Shown: piece by piece, positions 59,018 to 64,000 of the stretch
Layout of the letters: each line of letters begins with the position of its first letter
Numbering within the stretch: position 1 is the first letter of the stretch
Origin: a virus
DNA: 64,000 nucleotides
Virus record (IMG/VR): IMGVR_UViG_3300025789_000028
Location: 1 to 64,000 of that record
Strand: one strand, 5' to 3'
The notes under the pieces: generated by a model
Seen by the model: only the letters and a program-made list of their open reading frames with translations
Told to the model about the DNA's origin: nothing
The model's database searches: none
Program-made: the position numbers and the translations under genes

Positions 59018-59782
59018 TTGATGTCATATCAATCATTAGATTTCAATGTTCCATCAAAACATTGGGGTAAGCAAACGTTAAATGGTTGGATTTACAATGA
59101 TGTGTTTGAAGACAGATTTTTTGAACAATTAAAATCTACATCCGAACACATCATACACAAAAGAAATCATTCGACCTACGCCACACATAGAACTAATTTT
59201 AATTTTGGTGGAAAAAATCATAAAATTGTTTCTCATAAACAAAACGATAGAGAACAAGAAGTAATATTTGATTTGACGTTTGAAAAAGATTGGTGGTATC
59301 AAACATCTGATACTATAAAATCTTGGGCAGATACTCAAATAATGACTACACAAAGCCCGATATTATACAAGGCTATCAAAACAATAGAAAAATATCCACC
59401 GTTCTGTGATGAGCCTAATAGTTGGATATGCTATCGTTGGCATATGAATTTTTTGGCGTATAATAAATTTCTAGCATTACATCTTGATGCAAACCACCAA
59501 TATTACAATGTATCAGTGTTTGATGCTAGAATGAGAAGCGTTACCTTTTATTTTGATGATCATATTGAAGGCAACGGTGGAGAGTTTTGGACTGATACAG
59601 GATTTGTATATAAACCAAAAAGAAACTCAGCAATCAACATCAACGGTGGACAAGTAGTACACGGAGTTACTACTAATATGAATCCAGAACCAAGACTGGC
59701 ATTTACACTACGCTTTGCACACAAAGACGATTTGTATTTACCCGGTAGCCCTGATAAGTCAATATATAAATTAGAGTTTTAA
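59018..59782 (+). CDS. 2OG-Fe(II) oxygenase (prolyl-hydroxylase-like)
   Basis: HLD..GGE..HGV..R. Confidence 0.8.
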   Translation: MMSYQSLDFNVPSKHWGKQTLNGWIYNDVFEDRFFEQLKSTSEHIIHKRNHSTYATHRTNFNFGGKNHKIVSHKQNDREQEVIFDLTFEKDWWYQTSDTIKSWADTQIMTTQSPILYKAIKTIEKYPPFCDEPNSWICYRWHMNFLAYNKFLALHLDANHQYYNVSVFDARMRSVTFYFDDHIEGNGGEFWTDTGFVYKPKRNSAININGGQVVHGVTTNMNPEPRLAFTLRFAHKDDLYLPGSPDKSIYKLEF

Positions 59783-60229
59783 ATGAATCATAGAATTACA
59801 ACTATAGAATTTGATGAGATTTTTCCGATATGGAAACGGCTATGGCCCGATAGAACAAGTCCTATCGAGCCAAATAGTGCAATGTGTTATCTAAACGGAT
59901 ATGATATGTATAACATGAACACTAATCCTACATTTTTTGTATACATAGTTAATGATGAAATTGTAGGTGTTAACAGTGGTCACATGTGTAAAGACAATCA
60001 ATATCGTTCACGTGGATTATATGTTGATCCTAAGTTCAGAGGATTAAACATAGCAAAAAAACTATTGATTAAAACCATAGAACAAGGTAAAAAAGAGAAT
60101 GCAGTAATGTGTTGGAGTTACCCTAGAAAAGACAGTTGGATGACATACAACAGTGTAGGGTTTTATTTAGATAGCGATTTCCACCAAAGTGAGACTGGTA
60201 AAAATGCTTATTGTAGTATGAAGATATAG
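59783..60229 (+). CDS. GNAT acetyltransferase
   Basis: LYVDPKFRG..IA..L; Y...GF. Confidence 0.85.
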   Translation: MNHRITTIEFDEIFPIWKRLWPDRTSPIEPNSAMCYLNGYDMYNMNTNPTFFVYIVNDEIVGVNSGHMCKDNQYRSRGLYVDPKFRGLNIAKKLLIKTIEQGKKENAVMCWSYPRKDSWMTYNSVGFYLDSDFHQSETGKNAYCSMKI

Positions 60230-60238
60230 TGATATAGT

Positions 60239-60312
60239 TGGAGCGGGATACCAGAATCGAACTGGTCACTAAACCTTGGCAAGGTTTCGTTTTACCGATA
60301 AACTAATCCCGC
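60239..60312 (-). tRNA. trnG: tRNA-Gly(GCC)
   Basis: Cloverleaf, loop TTGCCAA, encoded CCA. Confidence 0.95.
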
Positions 60313-60321
60313 ATTATTTTC

Positions 60322-60711
60322 TCAATATAGAGGTAAGCCTTGCGCTTTTCTTCCTCTACCTTTATTTGCACCGCCTAAAAATTCAGTTTGACTATGACAA
60401 TTAGGACATATCAATCTTAAATTATCAGGACTATCATTTCCCGGATCACCGTTTACATGATCTACATGAAGTACTAGCTTTTTGTTTTGCCATTCACTTA
60501 CACCGCATACTTCACATTTATAACCTCTGTCTTCTGCTAAATATCTCCTAGCAGTTGACCTTTCAATTCTTTTCAAATTACCGTTATACCATTCTTTTTT
60601 ATGTAAAAAAGATTTATGCAATCCGTTACATACATTAGAACAATATTTTCCTGTTTTATGATGAGGATTAAATTCAAAATCCTTATTACAATTTACACAA
60701 TTTGCTTTCAT
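60322..60711 (-). CDS. HNH homing endonuclease
   Basis: CEVC..VDHVNG..N..NLR.ICPNCH; own TATAAATA and AAGGAG. Confidence 0.9.
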   Translation of the reverse strand: MKANCVNCNKDFEFNPHHKTGKYCSNVCNGLHKSFLHKKEWYNGNLKRIERSTARRYLAEDRGYKCEVCGVSEWQNKKLVLHVDHVNGDPGNDSPDNLRLICPNCHSQTEFLGGANKGRGRKAQGLPLY

Positions 60712-60767
60712 AGTAGAGTTCTCCTTTAGAGTATTTATACTCTACCGCTAAAAACGCATAATTTTAT

Positions 60768-60950
60768 TTAGCTTCCTGTTAAGCTATATAAAATAATTGT
60801 GTTAAACGTTTCACCCTCAAGATTCAAATTAAGTGTGATTTGATCATTGTTAATTCCATACATATCAGGTTCAATAGCATATGACAATGTAAGATTGTCT
60901 TTTAAATACTGCTTAATTTGTGCTTGTAGTGTCGGGTCTAATGGATCCAT
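60768..60950 (-). CDS. hypothetical protein
   Basis: AGGA RBS. Confidence 0.65.
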   Translation of the reverse strand: MDPLDPTLQAQIKQYLKDNLTLSYAIEPDMYGINNDQITLNLNLEGETFNTIILYSLTGS

Positions 60951-60967
60951 GATATTTCCTATGTAAT

Positions 60968-61041
60968 TGGATGCGGGTGACAGATTCGAACTGCCGATGC
61001 ACCTGGCTTATGAGACCGGTGTGGTGACCACCCTACCCGCG
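60968..61041 (-). tRNA. atypical initiator-like tRNA-Met(CAT)
   Basis: C1:A72 mismatch, CTCATAA loop, TTCGAAT, CCA; minimal D-loop. Confidence 0.8.
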
Positions 61042-61049
61042 TAATTTAT

Positions 61050-61232
61050 TTATTCATCTTTGACAGTATCTTTAACTGCCCGAACGTTTTCTTTTTCTTC
61101 TACGACCTCTTCCGGTAACGGTGGAGGTACGTATCTTGGTTTAGGTTCTTTCTTTCCAAAGATAGCATCCATTCTATCATCGAATTCAGACAGAGGAATG
61201 CTCATTGGTCTTGGCCTATCACCCTTACTCAT
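61050..61232 (-). CDS. hypothetical protein
   Basis: MSKGDRPRP..FD...DAIFG. Confidence 0.75.
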   Translation of the reverse strand: MSKGDRPRPMSIPLSEFDDRMDAIFGKKEPKPRYVPPPLPEEVVEEKENVRAVKDTVKDE

Positions 61233-61501
61233 TATGCAGTCCTCTTGACCAAATGATAACCAAACTGTGTTTGAACCGGTCCAACAACAACACCTACCGG
61301 GTTATTGAATGCTGCCTCTTCAAAAGGTTTTACCATTTGTCCTCGACCAAATAATCCTAAATCGCCACCTTGACGACCACTTGGGCACTTGCTATGTTGA
61401 CTTGCTAATATAGCAAAATCAGCGCCGGACTTGATTTGCTCTTGTAAGTTAACTGCTTCTGCTAAAGAAGGTACTAAAATGTGACTTGCTCTTACCTGCA
61501 T
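61232..61501 (-). CDS. ppiC: parvulin peptidyl-prolyl isomerase
   Basis: ASHILV, HS.CPS..GGDLG.F.GQMV..FE, TQFGYH. Confidence 0.95.
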   Translation of the reverse strand: MQVRASHILVPSLAEAVNLQEQIKSGADFAILASQHSKCPSGRQGGDLGLFGRGQMVKPFEEAAFNNPVGVVVGPVQTQFGYHLVKRTA

Positions 61502-61510
61502 AAATTTCCT

Positions 61511-61654
61511 TTATTCTGCTTCTACGTTAGTTGTATTGCCTGCACGTCCGCCGCCTGTTTGTTGCTCTGGTTGTGCTGTTGGGCTTTTTTTGTTTTGTGT
61601 GTATAAGAAAGCGCCGATGATAATTGCTACGATTAATGCTCCAATGATAAACAT
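61511..61654 (-). CDS. 47-aa membrane microprotein
   Basis: AAGGAG RBS; N-terminal TM; GATAAATA upstream. Confidence 0.65.
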   Translation of the reverse strand: MFIIGALIVAIIIGAFLYTQNKKSPTAQPEQQTGGGRAGNTTNVEAE

Positions 61655-61715
61655 AATAATCTCCTTTGTGTTGAGACTAATATTTATCATAATTCTATAG
61701 CATAAAAAATATGAA

Positions 61716-61791
61716 TGGTAGAAGTGGTGAGACTCGAACTCACGATAAACACCGTATGAAGGTGGCGCATTAGCCGCTATGCTACACTTCT
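61716..61791 (-). tRNA. tRNA CAT (Met or Ile2)
   Basis: Cloverleaf, loop TTCATAC, CCA. Confidence 0.85.
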
Positions 61792-61797
61792 ATTGTT

Positions 61798-61872
61798 TGG
61801 TGCGACCTACTGGATTCGAACCAGTCCCGTAAGAATTATGAGTTCTCGGCACTACCTCTATGCTAAAGTCGC
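61798..61872 (-). tRNA. tRNA CAT (Met or Ile2)
   Basis: Cloverleaf, loop CTCATAA, CCA. Confidence 0.88.
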
Positions 61873-61933
61873 ATAATATTTGGTGGACTGTGTAGAAACC
61901 TATGAATTCATAGGTTTTTATGTATAATACAGA

Positions 61934-62125
61934 TTAAGCGTAAGATTCTTGGCCAGCAATCTGCAAAACACAAAGTAATGTGGTAGCCTCATTAAAGATT
62001 TTAGATTGTAAACCTAAAGCCTGTTGTTCTGACGCATATTCATGCGCCTGCGCTAGTGTTTCAAATTCAGTATAATTTACTGAAAGAACATCATCGATCC
62101 AATTTTGTACTGATACTGTAAACAT
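61934..62125 (-). CDS. small protein, paralogue of 62128-62337
   Basis: L.V...EF.....A...A..SKI.; ends YA. Confidence 0.7.
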   Translation of the reverse strand: MFTVSVQNWIDDVLSVNYTEFETLAQAHEYASEQQALGLQSKIFNEATTLLCVLQIAGQESYA

Positions 62126-62127
62126 GA

Positions 62128-62337
62128 TTATGCGTATGTGTTAATTTCTGCGTCAACAAAGAATTCATATAACAAGTGATAATACTCATCATATACCTTT
62201 GTACTGAACCCACGTCCGTGATGTTCTGTTGCGTGTGCAACTGCTTCATCTCTTGAATCAAATTCAAAAGCCTGTACATTCAATGCGCCATCGTCTCCGT
62301 AACTATGAATGTGTGAAATGTGTTTTCTACCGTGCAT
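62128..62337 (-). CDS. His-rich small protein
   Basis: GGAG RBS; ends TYA. Confidence 0.75.
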   Translation of the reverse strand: MHGRKHISHIHSYGDDGALNVQAFEFDSRDEAVAHATEHHGRGFSTKVYDEYYHLLYEFFVDAEINTYA

Positions 62338-62348
62338 GTTATTCTCCG

Positions 62349-63425
62349 TTATTTAAATCTTTTGTACCATATCTCGGCACTCTTATTAGTATATTTAGTC
62401 AAACTAAACTGATTTAGTCTAACATTGATAGCAGGAAAGTTATATGCACGATTCAATGCTTTAGTAATATCTGCGCTATCAGTAGGGTCAGAACACCCTG
62501 TTGCTAACCACGGAATTTCTGTTGTGCCAACTAAAGGGATACCCTCACTAATCAAATCTGCACCAACAATATTAAATGTTTCACTGAAATTACATTGCAT
62601 GCCTATGTCCATATCAGAACACAAATGCAAAAATTCTTCATGGGGTGCCCAATCATGTCTAATTAATCTATGCCCTGCACTATAAAGATGTGCAAAGAAG
62701 CCCTCTAGATTATGTAGTACAGGTTGACCTTTCATTTCAACACGACCTGCATTGATATGAAAATGCAATTTTTTACCTTGTTGAGTAGCAAAGTCAAGTG
62801 CGGCTACTGCTTGAACCATGTGATTCTTTAATGGTCTAACAGCACCAAAACATCCTACATCAATATGGTCCTTAGTCTTATAAATTTTTCTTGGTGGACT
62901 AAATTTCTGTGGATAGTAATTGGGTAGATAAAAGACTTTCTTCAATGTTTCACTATCACTCCAACGATTAACAGTTTGTAAGTAAGTTCTAATTTCACGC
63001 AACATTCTAGGTGCGTTTACACCAATACTAATGTTTTCAAAATGACTATAGTCACCGATCCAATTCATTGCCATGCCTTCGCCAGCCATGAAAGGCATCT
63101 CACTATGAATGCGAACAATCCACTTTACATTAGGATGTAATTTACAAAGTGATGTGAACTTACTGGGAACAACCCATAATGCTTCAATAATAACATAGTC
63201 TGGATTGTGTTTAGTAACTAGTCTGTCAATACAATTATTATCGATTGCAACTTCCATGACTGATTTAATACCAACTTTATTCAGCATTCTATTAACAAAT
63301 GATGCAGAATTGTATAGACCTGTAGTCAATCCAATTTTAGTATCTACTTTTTCACTATAATTTTCTCTGCGTTTGAGAATGAATAAAATTTTCGACATGT
63401 ATGGTGTATTGCTTTCGTTAGTCAA
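62349..63425 (-). CDS. GT-B glycosyltransferase-like
   Basis: G..R.LKN; SETFNIV.AD....G.P.V. Confidence 0.7.
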   Translation of the reverse strand: MTNESNTPYMSKILFILKRRENYSEKVDTKIGLTTGLYNSASFVNRMLNKVGIKSVMEVAIDNNCIDRLVTKHNPDYVIIEALWVVPSKFTSLCKLHPNVKWIVRIHSEMPFMAGEGMAMNWIGDYSHFENISIGVNAPRMLREIRTYLQTVNRWSDSETLKKVFYLPNYYPQKFSPPRKIYKTKDHIDVGCFGAVRPLKNHMVQAVAALDFATQQGKKLHFHINAGRVEMKGQPVLHNLEGFFAHLYSAGHRLIRHDWAPHEEFLHLCSDMDIGMQCNFSETFNIVGADLISEGIPLVGTTEIPWLATGCSDPTDSADITKALNRAYNFPAINVRLNQFSLTKYTNKSAEIWYKRFK

Positions 63426-63472
63426 ATATTTATCGGAATAAACTACGACTGTATATTAAGTTAATGTGACAA

Positions 63473-63546
63473 TGGTACCCAGTAGAGGTAACGCTCCTCT
63501 GTCGCACGATTATCAGTCGTGTGCTCTACTTTTGAGCTAACCGGGT
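63473..63546 (-). tRNA. trnI: tRNA-Ile(GAT) with non-canonical T-loop
   Basis: CACGA-CTGATAA-TCGTG; T-arm AGAGG-AGCGTTA-CCTCT; CCA. Confidence 0.85.
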
Positions 63547-63552
63547 AAATTT

Positions 63553-63630
63553 TGGAGGTGCGAGTCAGATTTGAACTGACGGTTTTACGGATTTGCAATC
63601 CGTTGCATTGGACCACTCTGCCACCGCACC
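63553..63630 (-). tRNA. trnC: tRNA-Cys(GCA)
   Basis: ACGGA-TTGCAAA-TCCGT; CCA. Confidence 0.93.
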
Positions 63631-63633
63631 GTG

Positions 63634-63759
63634 TTAATGATTTAGTTTTGCTATTGCGCCCAAAACACAATGAATGTCTAAATGCAGTCTATGAGCAATT
63701 TCAGTTGCGTCTAGATGCCTATCTAATAACTCTTTAACTTGCATTACGATGTATGACAT
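63634..63759 (-). CDS. 41-aa HTH-like microprotein (not in ORF track)
   Basis: GGGAG RBS; VKELLDRHLDATEIAHRLHLDIHCV. Confidence 0.6.
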   Translation of the reverse strand: MSYIVMQVKELLDRHLDATEIAHRLHLDIHCVLGAIAKLNH

Positions 63760-63777
63760 AGAATCTCCCGTCTATAC

Positions 63778-63811
63778 ATATATAACGCCTCAGAAGTCAT
63801 TCCTGTTGACA
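63778..63811 (-). promoter_or_regulatory. ECF-sigma-like promoter motif, copy 2
   Basis: TGTCAACAGGAATgactTCTGAGGCGTTaTATAT. Confidence 0.5.
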
Positions 63812-63825
63812 TGTTTTGGGTATCT

Positions 63826-63915
63826 TGGTGGAGAGCCAGGGAGTCGAACCCTGTGACCGTATTACTACGGTCTACGGATTAGCAATCCGCTGCATTACCA
63901 TCCTGCCCGCTCTCC
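63826..63915 (-). tRNA. trnS: tRNA-Ser(GCT)
   Basis: Long variable arm, TTGCTAA loop, CCA. Confidence 0.95.
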
Positions 63916-63922
63916 ATTATCT

Positions 63923-64000
63923 TGGAGGAAGATGTGAGATTCGAACTCACGGGACCTTTCGGACCTCTAGTTTTCAAGACTAGTGCAATCGACCACTCTG
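63923..64000 (-). tRNA. trnS: tRNA-Ser(TGA), 5' end beyond window
   Basis: CTAGT-CTTGAAA-ACTAG region, long variable arm, CCA. Confidence 0.88.

Noticed and set aside
61881-61920. Possible extra tRNA (revcomp ..GTCCACCA)
   Set aside because: Only a CCA-like 3' stub next to a palindrome; no cloverleaf.
63461-63737. Track ORFs 63461-63670 and 63552-63737
   Set aside because: They overlap well-formed tRNA-Ile and tRNA-Cys genes.
1-64000. Genome-wide stop-codon reassignment
   Set aside because: Known genes are full length in code 11; TAA, TGA and TAG all end genes; only one isolated in-frame TAA; no suppressor tRNA seen.
60239-64000. Prophage att site at tRNAs
   Set aside because: No integrase or duplicated tRNA 3' end seen; the tRNAs form a co-oriented phage-type cluster.

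Overview
AT-rich, gene-dense 64 kb segment of a large T4-like ('jumbo') dsDNA phage in the standard genetic code. The host is probably a proteobacterium (inference from FdxA, ErpA, ClpXP and IF-1 resemblance). Recognisable content: ATP-dependent DNA ligase; ClpX, ClpP, ClpS, Hsp20 and parvulin; bS21, IF-1 and an unannotated ArfA-like micro-ORF; 9 tRNAs, several atypical; nucleotide enzymes (dCMP deaminase, MazG-like, HAD nucleotidase, metallophosphoesterases); redox genes (SOD, ErpA, ferredoxin, pirin); an ~11.5 kb fibre/adhesin block with a papain-like protease; and an oxygenase/AsnB-like/subtilase/GNAT cluster. Two regulatory grammars are visible. Early genes sit behind a repeated sigma70 promoter+RBS cassette (TTGACAATAAAT..TTTGG..TATAAT..AAAGGA). 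Many late genes sit only 4-6 nt behind a T4-like (N)ATAAATA box with no Shine-Dalgarno, implying leaderless late mRNAs in a phage carrying its own initiation and rescue parts. Other notable signals: candidate head-targeting leaders on enzymes, a ROSE-like thermometer, a twice-repeated ECF-like promoter, a start-less overlapping ORF, a constant/variable mini-gene family and an in-frame TAA in a fibre gene. No CRISPR array, reverse transcriptase or integrase was seen. All family calls come from motif recognition by eye; no database searches were run.
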